Assembly (NCBI RefSeq): GCF_006345805.1
Contig: NC_043001.1
Location: 125,488,001-125,552,000 of the forward strand
Source: Octopus sinensis
Taxonomy: Eukaryota
Reading direction: 5' to 3'
Length of the DNA stretch: 64,000 bases
Under the pieces are notes generated by a model that was not told where the DNA came from, searched no databases, and was given only the letters and a program-made list of their open reading frames with translations. Of the stretch, positions 52,770-64,000 are shown one piece after another (positions within the stretch are counted from its first letter, which is position 1; the number at the start of each line of letters is the position of its first letter). The translations under genes were made by a program, and so were the position numbers.

Positions 52770-53457
52770 TACTATTATTATCATTAAGGCAGTAAGCTGG
52801 CAGAATCACAAGCATACTCGGCAAAATGCTTAGCAGAATTGCATACATCTTTACATTCTGAGTTCAAACTCTACCAAAGTCAAGTTTGCCTTTCATCCTT
52901 TCGGGATTGATAAAATAAGTACCAGTTGAGCACTAAGTGTTTGTACCATTCTATCAGCTTGCCACCTTAAATAATAATAATAATTATAATAATAATGGTT
53001 TCAAATTTTGCCACAAGGGCGAAAATTCTGGGGGAAGGAGAGAATCGATTACATCAACCCCAGTGTCTAACTGGTACTTATTTTATTGATCCTGAAAGGA
53101 TGAAAGGCAAAGTCGACCCCGGTGGCATTTGAACTCAGAACATAAAGTCGGTCGAAATACCACTGAGCATTTTGTCTGGTGTTCTAACTATCCTGCTAGC
53201 TTGCCACCTCAAATTATAATAATAATAATAATCATCATCATCATCATCATCATTTAACGTCCGCTTTCCATGCTAGCATGGGTTGGACGATTTGACTGTG
53301 GTCTGGCAAACCAGACTCCAATCTGATCTGGCAGAGTTTCTACAGCTGGATGCCCTTCCTAACACCAACCACTCCGAGAGTGTAGTGGGTGCTTTTACGT
53401 GCCACTGGCATGAGGGCCAGTTTGGTGGTACTGGCAACGGCCACGCCCAAATGGTGC

Positions 53458-53491
<34 letters not shown>

Positions 53492-53574
53492 TAAAAACAA
53501 TAAAGATGTCTTATTTTTTCTCATTATCTCCTCAATCAATTAGTTTTATGTACACATATATATAATTTATATAT

Positions 53575-53801
53575 ATTGGTAAAAATGGTAAGATAAGAAA
53601 GAAAGAGACCTCAATATAATGTAAATAGAGGAAATTTATCTATAAAATAATATGTTACAATTACTCAATAGTCAAGATAAAACTCTGAGTTTCAGATGCC
53701 GAAGTGGAAATCCCGAAGAGATGGTGTTGTGGATTTCTACTTCGGCATCTGAAATTCAGGGTTTTATCTTGACTATTGAGTAATTGTAACATATTATTTT
53801 A
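53575..53801. mobile_element. Fold-back copy of a TA-associated hammerhead-bearing mini element
   Basis: 53575-53713 matches 58710-58851. Inverted arms are 53643-53713 and 53731-53801. Confidence 0.8.
53713..53768 (+). ncRNA. Degenerate copy of the 58813 hammerhead-like motif at a fold-back junction
   Basis: CCGAAGA GATG...CATC T GAAAT TCAGG GT T TTATCT. The 5' strand of helix I is replaced by the inverted arm. Confidence 0.55.
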
Positions 53802-55611
53802 TCGATATAATTTATATATAGATATTTGAACACTTTTATACAAATGGCCTTTATCTGTCTATCTCTCTCTCCCTTTCTCTACTTCTCTATTTCTCTTTCT
53901 CTTTCTCTCTCTCTCTCTCTCTCTGTTTCTTTCATTTTTTAGGTGGGGTTTTTGAAGAATTTAAATATTGGTTAGACAATGCACCTTCTTCTGAATTAAA
54001 TATTAAGATATAAGTAACAAAAAGTGTTCACCCCACAGTAAACGAATACCAGAGAAGTAAAGATTAAAAATAAAGTAGCATTAATATATTTATCATCATC
54101 ATCATTATCACTGCCACCACTACCACCACCATCATCATCATCATCATTCTACATGCATTTTTTTTTCTTTACTGGAATGGTTTGGATGGGTCTCATTGTA
54201 TCTTACTGTGTCCTTTATCGTCTGTCACACACAGCAACAGATAACACTGGCCTTTGTTATTGTGCATATCATATCTTAATAGCTTAGTTTTTACAGCTGA
54301 ATACTCTTCCTATCACCTAACCTTTTACAGCATGGAGTGGATATAGTTTTACCATAAAACTATTTTAAAGGTTGGTTGTCTGCAATAGAGCTAAAATGTC
54401 TTTCTTACTTTGTAGCTGTATTTCCAGAGTTACCATGCTTCTAAATGGGTTGCTTGCACCAGGGCTGACAAAATACATATTTCTTCTGTTAGTTTTTTAA
54501 ATTTCTACTTCTTTTACTTGTTTCAGTCATTGGACTGTGGCCATACTGAGGCTCCACCTTGAACGGTTTTTATTGAGCAAATCAACGCCAGTATTTTTTT
54601 TATTTTTAAACCTAGTACTTATTCTCTCAGTCTCATGTGCTAAACTACAAAGTTATGGGGATGTAAACAAACCAGCACCAGTGGTAAAGCAGTGATGGAC
54701 AACAAGCACAAACACAACACACAGACATATACATACCTTCATACATATATACTTTTAAAAAATTCTTTTTATTGCCCACAGGGGGCTAAATACAGAGGGG
54801 ACAAACAAGGACAGACAAAGGGCTTAAGTCGGTTACATCAACCCCAGTGCGTAACTGGTACTTAATTTATTGACCCCGAATGGATGAAAGGCAAAGTCGA
54901 CTTCGGAGGAATTTGAACTCAGAACGTAACGGCAGCCGAAATACCGCTAAGCATTTCGCCCGATGTGCTAACGATTCTGCCAGCTCGCCACCCAAAAACA
55001 GATACATACATACACATGCACACACATACATATCTTTTATCTTCTATCTTTATCTTTCACTTCTTACAGTCATTAGACTGTGACCATGCTGGGGCACCAC
55101 CTTTTAGTCGAACGAATCAACTTCAGTGCTTATTTTTCTGTCAAGCCTGATACCCATTCTATCGGTCTCTTTTGCTGACCTGCTAAGTTACAGGGATGAT
55201 GGCCTGCTTGCCTAGCCTGCAGCGGGGAAGATGGCAGGGTGAGGACATCATTCAAAAGCTCTAACAATGTGAGGAAGCCCATTGTGACCACTAGCATATA
55301 AAAACATCTTGTAGTCTGGTCAATGCAGTGATACGTACACACATACATTTCCATAAGCTATTCACTGAACCATTATACGTACACAGTATTTATTTTTAAC
55401 CTTCTTAATTGCTACAAATAGTCACATTATACATTCATACATATATATTTATTTTATGTTGCAGCTTGAGAAGAGCAGCATCAATTGATTCCTAGTCTCC
55501 AATAGGTTAATTATTGGTTTATCATAGGTTCACTGCGTTTCCGTCCGTCGATAAGCCTAACAAGGGTGTGTCACTATTTGTTTTGTTTCTTTTTCTTCTT
55601 GATATACATTA

Positions 55612-56030
55612 ACAAATGAGGAGTGGCTGTGTGGTAAGTAGCTTGTCTACCAACCACATGGTTCCGGGTTCAGTCCCACTGCGTGACACCTTGGGCAAGT
55701 GTCTTCTACTATAGCCTCGGGCCGACCAAAGCCTTGTGAGTGGATTTGGTAGACGGAAACTGAAAGAAGCTCGTCGTATATATGTATATATATATATATA
55801 TATATATGCGTGTGTGTGTGTTTGTGTACCTGTGTTTGTCCCCCTAGCATTGCTTGACAACCGATGCTGGTGTGTTTATGTCCCCGTTACTTAGCGGTTC
55901 GGCAAAAGAGACCGATAGAATAAGTACTGGGCTTTCAAAAGAATAAGTCTCGGGGTCGAGTTGCTCGATTAAAGGCGGTGCTCCAGCATGGCCGCAGTCA
56001 AATGACTGAAACAAGTAAAAGAGTAAAAGA
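55612..56030 (+). mobile_element. SINE family A, full length, followed by an older variant (56050-56400)
   Basis: Same structure as 8682; a second diverged head follows directly. Confidence 0.85.
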
Positions 56031-57002
56031 GTGTGTGTGTGTTTGTATGCATGGCTGTATGGTTAAGAAGCTTGCTTCACTGCCGCATAGTTTCAGGTTC
56101 AGTCCCACTGCATGGCAAATTGTGCAAATATCTTCTGGTATAGCCTTGGGCCAGTCAAAGCTTTGTGAGTGGATTTAACAGATAGAAACTGAAAGACGCT
56201 CACTAGGGTGCACACACGCATGCATGTGTGTGTGTGTGTATGTGTATGTATGTGTATGTGTGTGTGATTTTTGTGAGTCTCTGTCTTGATATCACACAAT
56301 TGTTGTAAACAAGCGCCACAAGCAATGTCTTTTGTTGTCAGTCTTCTGTGAAAACATATTTGGCCTTGGGAAAATATCACTTTCAGATTTTGGCACAAGG
56401 CCAGAAACTTTGAGTGAAGGGGTAAGTTGATTACATTGACCCTCAATGGCCAACTGGTACTTGTTTTATCAACCCCATCAAGATGAAAGGCAAAGTCGAC
56501 CTTGGTGGAATTTGAATTCAGAACGCAAACACAGACAAAATGCCATTAAGCGTTTTGCCCAACACACTAATGATTCAGCCAGCTCGCCACCTTTACCTTG
56601 GGGAAATATTACCTTGCTTTGCAACAAGTGAGGGTTAGCAACAGGAAAGGCATCTGACCATAGAAAACCTGCTTTAATTAATTCCATATGAATCATCCTA
56701 GCCTGGAAAAGTGGATATTAAAATGATGATGACAATGATGATAATGATGATGATAGACATAGATACATTTTAAAATTTCTTATTGTATATTCCTTTGTAT
56801 AGAATTTTTTTTAAAGTCTTTTCTGAGGTATTTTAGTCAAAGAGAATTTAATGTAAAAAATATGAAACTTGAAGGTTTTGCCACTGTAACCATCAAAATA
56901 ACCCCATTCCTTCCTTTGCCTGTTTTCTCTATAAGCATTGACCTACGTAAGTTCAAGCCACTCAGTCAATAGTTATGATATCAAAAAAGGTCCTTCTTAA
57001 GC

Positions 57003-57230
57003 CTTAGGCTCATAGGACTGGTTTCCCAGATTCCGTGGTGTTTATATTCCCATCTGGACTGGACACCAGTCCATCACAGGTTTATTTATTTTTGCCAGCT
57101 GAGTGAACTGGAGCAATGTGAAACGAAATGTTTTGTTCAAAAACACTATTCATCACCCGGTCTGGGAACTGAACCGGCAATCTCACAATCATGAATGCAA
57201 CACCCTAACCACTTAGCCACGTGCCTTCAC
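57003..57230 (-). mobile_element. tRNA-headed SINE with V-domain-like motif (similar head at 32210-32545)
   Basis: Head GGCACGTGGCTAAGTGGTTAGGG...GGTTCAGTTCC. CCTGTGATGGACTGGTGTCCAGTCCAG resembles the V-SINE core. Confidence 0.6.
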
Positions 57231-57640
57231 CTCTATGATATAAACAGCTGCCAAATCTCCCTCTTACCACATCCTGCTGTCTTGAAAAAGAAAAGGATAC
57301 ATTGGATAATGTGATCCTGCATATACTCTGTTTGACAAATGAAGACTAGAATATTGACCTTTCACTGCCCAGAACTCTATCATCGTCATCATCATCATCA
57401 TCATTTTCCACATTTCATGGGTTGGACAGTTTAGCAGGAGCTGGCTAGCCAGAAACCTACATCGGGCTTTAATAGTCTGTTTTGGCCTTGTTTCTATGAC
57501 TCGATGCCCTTCCTTAATACCAACCACTTTATAAAGTGTACTGGGTGTTTTTTACATAACACCAGCACATGACAAACCATAGCTTAATGCACATAGAGGC
57601 ATAAATATAAGCCAACCACTTTTATACTTATTCATAGATG

Positions 57641-57681
<41 letters not shown>

Positions 57682-58087
57682 GTATGTGTACATATAGTTT
57701 AGAAAATTAAAAGTTATGGCCAGTCTTAGTGTGACCATTGGTTTGGCACCTATAAAGCACTTAACAATAGAGGCGATTATACTGCTAAGCACTTTACAAG
57801 TGTGAAACCAATGGTAGCTCTATGACTATCCATAACTTTCAACTTCCTAAAAAAATATATTTCTGCTCTAATGCTTTAGAGTATGCTTCTCTTTCAGATA
57901 TATGAACTATTTACAATATATATATATACATACATACATATATATATGTATATATATCTATATCTATATTATAACTAATGTAGGATAAAATTTTTTTCGA
58001 AAAAAATTTTATCAATGGCCAGCATATCAAAAAGTACCTTTAAAGGTTAAATTTATCAATAACTTATAAAATATTTTATAAGTTATA

Positions 58088-58125
<38 letters not shown>

Positions 58126-58130
58126 ATATA

Positions 58131-58258
<128 letters not shown>

Positions 58259-58704
58259 CATACATATATATATACATACATACATATATACATACATACA
58301 TATATATATACACACATACACACACACATATATGTGTGAGTGTGTGTAATTTTTGGGACTAATAGGTATATGTCAATGTAAAGCACATTCACAGTTTGGG
58401 CTACCTGGTGTCATCCGTAGCTGAAATACATTTCCTCTGGATCTACTTCAGGAATATATATATTCTTTTATTCTTTTACCTGTTTCAGCCATTTGACTGC
58501 ACCCATGCTGGAGCACTGTCTTTAGTCGAACAAATTAACCCCAGGACTTATTCTTTGTGAGCCTAGTACTTATTCTATCTGTCTCTTTTGCCAAACCACC
58601 AAGTTACAGAGATGTAAACACACCAATATTGGTTCTCAAGCGATGGTAGGGGGACAAACACAGGCACACAAATATATATATGTATGTATATATATATATA
58701 TATA

Positions 58705-58880
58705 TATATTGGTAAAAACGGTAAGATAACAAAAGAAAGAAAGAGACCTCAATATTAAGTAAATAGAGGAAATTTATCTATAAAATAATATGTTACAATT
58801 ACTCAATAGTCAAGATAAAACTCTGAGTTTCAGATGCCGAAGTGGAAATCCACAACACCATCTCTTCGGTTATCTGGTTA
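58705..58880 (-). mobile_element. Non-inverted copy of the same mini element in (TA)n
   Basis: Direct match to 53575-53713 plus the full hammerhead-like 5' end. Confidence 0.75.
58813..58875 (-). ncRNA. Hammerhead-like motif with CCGAAGA (U4C) core
   Basis: The minus strand reads AGATAA CCGAAGA GATG-GTGTT-GTGGA-TT-TCCAC-TTCGG-CATC T GAAAC TCAGA GT T TTATCT. Helix I is 6 bp and helix II is nested. Confidence 0.7.
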
Positions 58881-58908
58881 TATGTGTGTGTATATGTATG
58901 TGTGTGTG

Positions 58909-58955
<47 letters not shown>

Positions 58956-60525
58956 GCGACGGGCTTCTTTCAGTTTCCGTCTACCAAATCCACTCACAAG
59001 GCTTTGGTTGGCCCAAGGCTATAGTAGAAGACACTTGCCCAAGGTGCCACACAGTGGGACTGAACCCGGAACCATGTGGCTGGGAAGCAAGCTTCTTACC
59101 ACACAGCAACTCCTGCATGTGGGTGCATATACACACACACACACACACATACTCAAACATACACATACATACACACATCCACCATAAATTAGTAACTGAC
59201 CCATTATTTTTCAATTACACTTACCATACTTCTGATACTGCCATCCACCTTTTGTCCCAGTTACCTCCTGGCTCCAACTACCTGTGTTTACCACACTTAT
59301 CAGACTCTTCTACATCATTCCAAGACTTACTCCAGTTCTATGTCAACAGCAGCAATAGCAGCACCATCTATTCTCATTTTACCAATTCTTACAAGGTGAA
59401 AGGAACCTCAAAGTCAAAGAGGAGAAGGTGGAGGCAGAAAAGAATGAAATTTTTTTTTTTTAAACTTTATGTAACATTATTAAAATACAGCAATTATAGA
59501 AGACCTGGTTTTATTAAGCAAACATGATTAGTGGTGAAGATGTAAGCAGATTAGTGGAGAGATCAATAAACAAGTATTATGGTAAATTATTTGACGTTAA
59601 ATATTACTGAACTCATTATTATGTTCCAATCATTAAAAACATTAATACTGTCTCTTTTTATTTATTTAATTTTGGTCTTTAGTAAAGTGGAGAGGCAGTA
59701 CTCATGGCCATTTATAGAGCCTCAGAGACAGATAGGATGGAGGGAGATTGTTATCATCAAATGGGAGATCTGGTTCAAAAGCTTGCAATAGAATGGACTT
59801 CACTGAAGAAATCCAAATTCTGTTAATCTAGGGACTACGCCTATGAGTTTCATACTAGGAGTTGAGATAAATCTGACAATTGTCAGAAAAAGATAATGAG
59901 TAAATATGTGTGTGAGTGTGTGAAAATAGATATATACATATTTATATATAGAATATGCAGGTGGCAGGAGCACTATTAAATTAGCAGTTTTGTCATTGAC
60001 TTGTATGTAATTCTGATCTAAAACTGGTTTACATCTAAGAATTGCTAAATACCTCAGAATCTCTTGTCAGAGAGTTGTTAGCTATATGTAATTGTCACTA
60101 GACTGTCTGCCAGCAGCTTTAGCATTATTAAATTTGGTAAACTTATTAACAAGAGAATTTAGAATAGTTTGATAGTTACTAGCCTTTACAATTGTTGATC
60201 ATCAGCTTTGACATTAGATTTCATAGACTATTTGTTTTAGAGATATCTATGAAGAAATCTATAGTAGAGGTTAAATTATGCCATTCCCTTTCAAGTAATT
60301 TTGGCCATGATTGTTTTGTAAGGGAACAAACTCCTGACAAAAAAAAAAATTCATTTGCTAGCTCTGTTTTCAAAGAAAAAAGTGGAATGAAAGAGTCTAC
60401 TGTAAAACATGTAGTGGGTAGCGATAGGAAGAGGATCCATCTCTAAAACAATGTATCAATATGTATTCATCCGACCTACACTGAAATATAATAATGGATA
60501 CAAATTAACAAATGGTGTGTGTGTG

Positions 60526-60574
<49 letters not shown>

Positions 60575-61128
60575 ATGAGTGTTTTCATTTTATAAGTACA
60601 ATTATAATACATATTTATTTATTTTTCTCTTTCCACTCTCACACATACACACTCATGTCCACATTCCCCCATAATAATACATTACCTTTGGTATAAGATA
60701 TTTTGTGTTAGGAGTGGAATTTGTTTAGTGGTGGTGGTGGTGGTGGTGGTGGTGGTGGTGGTGGTGGTGGTGGTGGTGGTGGTGGTGGTGTTGGTGATGG
60801 TAAGGATGATGGTGATGCCAACAACAATGACAACTATTCTTCGTCCGTGATCCTTTTATTTCTTCTGAGCCTTCAAGACTAGTTGAATGAAGGAACAGAG
60901 TTATCCTAGGATAGTGTGGATAACTCTAACCTAAACCTTTGCAACAGGGGTGAACTCTGTTAAAAGATAGCTAAGGACCAGATGGTAATATTTAACAACA
61001 TTATCCAACACACACACGCACACATACACACACACACACACACACAAATGTGTATGTGTATATATTCGCCATGATAGATTGTTAGCCACTACACACATTT
61101 TTTTCTCTCCTTGTTTCTTTCTGTGTTC

Positions 61129-61164
61129 CTTTCTGTAGAAGAGCATAGGCTCAAAACGTTAAAG
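61129..61164 (+). ncRNA. Degenerate hammerhead-like motif, same architecture as 19670
   Basis: CTTT CTGTAGA AGAGC-ATAG-GCTC AAAAC GT T AAAG, with a palindromic ACGT helix III. Confidence 0.5.
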
Positions 61165-61249
61165 ACTTTTTTCCATTCCTGAACGTTATACTAATACATC
61201 TGTTTGTTTTCTACACCACCTGTCTTTGTCTTTTGTTTTCGTGAATTCT

Positions 61250-61286
<37 letters not shown>

Positions 61287-61364
61287 TTTTATTTAGAGAT
61301 AGTAGTTCCCTTCATCCCACCATATAAAAGAATTTCAATTTAATTTGATACTTGCGACTCATAT

Positions 61365-61465
61365 CTCGGACACACGTATTTCTTGAGGTTCATTTTCCGG
61401 TTCCTCAACCACGCCATGTTTTACAGGAACCTTTCTAAAAATGTAACCCCAATCATCAGGCTTCT
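61365..61465 (-). ncRNA. Degenerate hammerhead-like motif with long helix II
   Basis: The minus strand reads CTGATGA TTGGGGTT...AACCTCAA GAAAT ACGT GTG. Inner stems are CATTTT/AAAATG and GGTTCCT/AGGAACC. Helix I and the cleavage triplet are defective. Confidence 0.5.
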
Positions 61466-61625
61466 AAATAACTTTATCATATTTTGATACTAAAAACTAT
61501 ATTTTAATTTTAAATTTTAAATTTTAAACATATCAAATTAAAATTTAGTTTTTAGTATCAAAACTCATTAAGAATAATTTGAACCCCTGTAATGCCAGAA
61601 TTTTTATTCCCCCCAAAAATGAAAT

Positions 61626-61668
<43 letters not shown>

Positions 61669-61789
61669 TATATATAATGTGACTAACACTTAGAAAGGGA
61701 GATTATCTCAAGAATCAAGAATACTCTAATATTGACATGCCATTGAAGAAAAGACATTTTGATTTATCTCATTAGAGAACAGCAGCTTC

Positions 61790-62135
61790 AGGGTCTTAAA
61801 CTGATGGACCAAGTTATGTAAGTAATAGACATAACTATGGCAAAATTAGTTAGAGAGAAAATTAATTCAGATACAATGTAGTTTAAATTGGTGCCAAAAC
61901 ATGGTACTACTGACGTTTTCTCCCTAGTGGGACAACTACAGGAGGAGTTCTTAGCAAAGACCCAGCCATTAGACCTAACATTTGTTGAGCTGGAGAAAGC
62001 CTTTAACAGGGTACCATGTTCCATAGTCTGGTAGTCACTAAGAAATGGTTTGAGAACCATGCAATCTATGTACAGAGATGTCAGTAGTTAGCAATGTGTT
62101 CAATGAAGAATTTAGCAGAGGCAGATGTCCGTTAA
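61790..62135 (+). mobile_element. Degenerate RTE-clade RT fragment
   Basis: ...GTTDVFSLVGQLQEEFLAK...FVELEKAFNRVP..IVW, with stops. Confidence 0.75.
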
Positions 62136-62244
62136 ATCTCTTAGAATTGAGAGGAATTAAAGTTAACCAAGAAAAACAAATGGTTTGGTTAATAAGAAAG
62201 ATATGACTCTACAGCCATTTGAAAAGTAGCCAATATGCAGAAAA

Positions 62245-63720
62245 TAAGTAGGAATTCTAGTTTTGTACTTAATGCCTCTTTCATCTCTTTTATACTGCTC
62301 TTGCAAAATGGCCTGAAATTGTGCGACTCTAGGCTGGCTCTTGCTTCTTGCATTGCTCCGACTATATCTGCGTGCCTTAGTTTTCCAATCACCATTTACT
62401 GCCTCTTCTGCCTTCCATTTCCTCCCTGTTCATACCTTTGGAGGGTTTTCCTGAATGCTCTGATCTTTTGAATACCTTAGCATCATCACTGTCCTTGCCT
62501 TTCCTGCCTTATATTCTTCGGCGATTGATGTTATTGGTAGTTGCAGCATGGGTTTTCCATATAATGCAGTTGTAGTCAGTGGTTTCGGCAGACCAAGCCA
62601 TTTTCTGATAAACACACGGCATCTTTGTTCCATCCTTTCTACTCTACTCGAGGCTATTTCGTACATTTGCAATGGCCACATTATCCTTGAGTACAGCCCA
62701 AATTGCAGTATCCAACATTTGAATTTTCCCGGCAGCGTTGTTCTGTCAATTGCCTTTAATCCTTGTTCTACTAACTCGTGTGTTTCTTCCCCTTGTTTCT
62801 TATCATTTAATAAATCTCTATACCATCTGCCAAGACTCTTTACTAGTTGTTCTTTTACCGTTGGTATGTCTTCACCTCCTATCCTGAATTTCACTTCTTC
62901 TTGCACTCCTTTCACGAAAGCCATGCTTCGAGATTTTTTGGCTTTGAATTTCATCCTTGCCCATCCTATCAGTTCATCCAACCGCTCTAACATTTCCTCT
63001 GCTGCTTCTCTACTTTCTGATAATACAGTAACGTCATCCATAAAAGCCCTTAATGGTGTCTTTGTAACAGCTTTCTCACAGTTTGTAGATCTAAGTAACA
63101 TTTCCATGACTAGCACAAATAAGATGACTGATATCGTGCATCTGGCTGCAATACCTATTTCAAGCCATTGCCACTCCGTTGTGAACTTTCCTGCTGCAAA
63201 TCTCATCCTCAGGTTGTCGTAGTAGAACATGAACATTCGTTGAACATCTTTTGGAATCCAAAAGAAGTCCATTGCTGTTTTTATTAGTGTGTGCAGAACA
63301 GATCCATAAGCATTGGCAAGACCTAACCAAACAATATACAGGTTTTTCTTCAGTTGTTTTGCACAGGTGATGGCTTCCCAGATGGCAAATGCATGTTCTA
63401 TGCACCCAGGGATTCTGGGGATTCCTGCTTTTTGAATCACTTCATTAATGTACCCGTTATGCTGTGCAAATCTTATGATTCGTCTGGCAATAATTACAAA
63501 CATGATTTTCCTGTCAGTATTTAATAATGAAATCGGTCTAAATTGTCCTAGTGTTTTTGGATCTTTCTCTTTAGATAGATAGATACCTTCAGTTATACAC
63601 CATCGCTCCACTACATCTTTCTTCTTCCACATTTCTCTTATCAGTGCAAACAGCTGCAAACGTAATTTCAGGCAATATTTAAACACCTTGTAGCTCACTC
63701 CATCGTTCCCAGGTGAATCA
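62245..63720 (-). mobile_element. Hero/NeSL-like non-LTR retrotransposon reverse transcriptase, truncated at both ends
   Basis: ORF 63698-62430 (422 aa) contains QFRPISLLN, GCIEH, LANAYGSV, PLRAFMDD and KWLGLP. It continues through a stop into TGRKWKAEEAV...HADIVG. The endonuclease is missing. Confidence 0.85.
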
Positions 63721-64000
63721 AACCAATACTTTTTTTTAAAGCCTGGTACTTATTCTACTGATCTCTTTTGCTTAGCTGCTAAAGGGATGCAAACACACCA
63801 ACATCAGTTGTCAAGCAGTGTTGGGGGACAAATACTTATTTCATTACTACCCACAAGGGGCTAAACACAGAGAGGACAAACAAGGACAGGCAAACAGATT
63901 AAGTCGATTATATCGATCCCAGTGCGTATCTGGTACTTATTTAATCGACCCCGAAAGGATGAAAGGCAAATTCGACCTTGGCGGAATTTGAACTCAGAAC

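Noticed and set aside
59396-59465. Possible exon after a pyrimidine tract (ERNLKVKEEKVEAEKNE)
   Set aside because: Short, with no recognisable homology, no convincing donor site and no neighbouring exons; not supportable without RNA data.
58790-59527. 245-aa ORF on +
   Set aside because: It reads through a mini element, a TA/TG tract, an antisense SINE and unique DNA; chimeric by chance.
62548-63222. 224-aa ORF on +
   Set aside because: Antisense shadow of the Hero-like RT.

Overview
AT-rich, extremely repeat-dense eukaryotic DNA with no recognisable host protein-coding exon. The SINE families and the abundance of (TA)n/(CA)n/(AAT)n/(CAT)n/(AGT)n tracts look like an octopus (cephalopod) intergenic or intronic region; this is inferred from repeat style, not a database match. 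Contents: at least five tRNA-headed SINE-like families; many 3' ends of an RTE-type element; LINE relics of several clades (L1/Tx1 endonuclease, RTE, CR1/L2, a young 5'-truncated R4/Dong element with an intact 515-aa ORF, two further R4/Dong 3' ends, a Hero-like RT, a Penelope GIY-YIG relic); a maT/Tc1-mariner relic; and a hAT-type MITE. Nearly all long ORFs in the supplied track are microsatellite or SINE read-through. The most interesting signal is about a dozen type I hammerhead-ribozyme motifs. They fall in several unrelated short non-coding elements, usually next to (TA)n tracts and often in head-to-head fold-back pairs. Four have fully intact catalytic cores plus a complete helix I (922-1014, 11401-11481, 21200-21242, 23817-23867). 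Hammerheads in Penelope-like LTRs are a known phenomenon. Their density, diversity, long structured helix II insertions, a recurring CCGANGA core variant and a possible tRNA-head/hammerhead hybrid here deserve follow-up. A second theme is a (TAA)n-nucleated nest of RLE LINEs and SINEs at 39-46 kb. Several near-identical tandem duplications may be assembly artefacts. All structures were folded by eye and none was computed.
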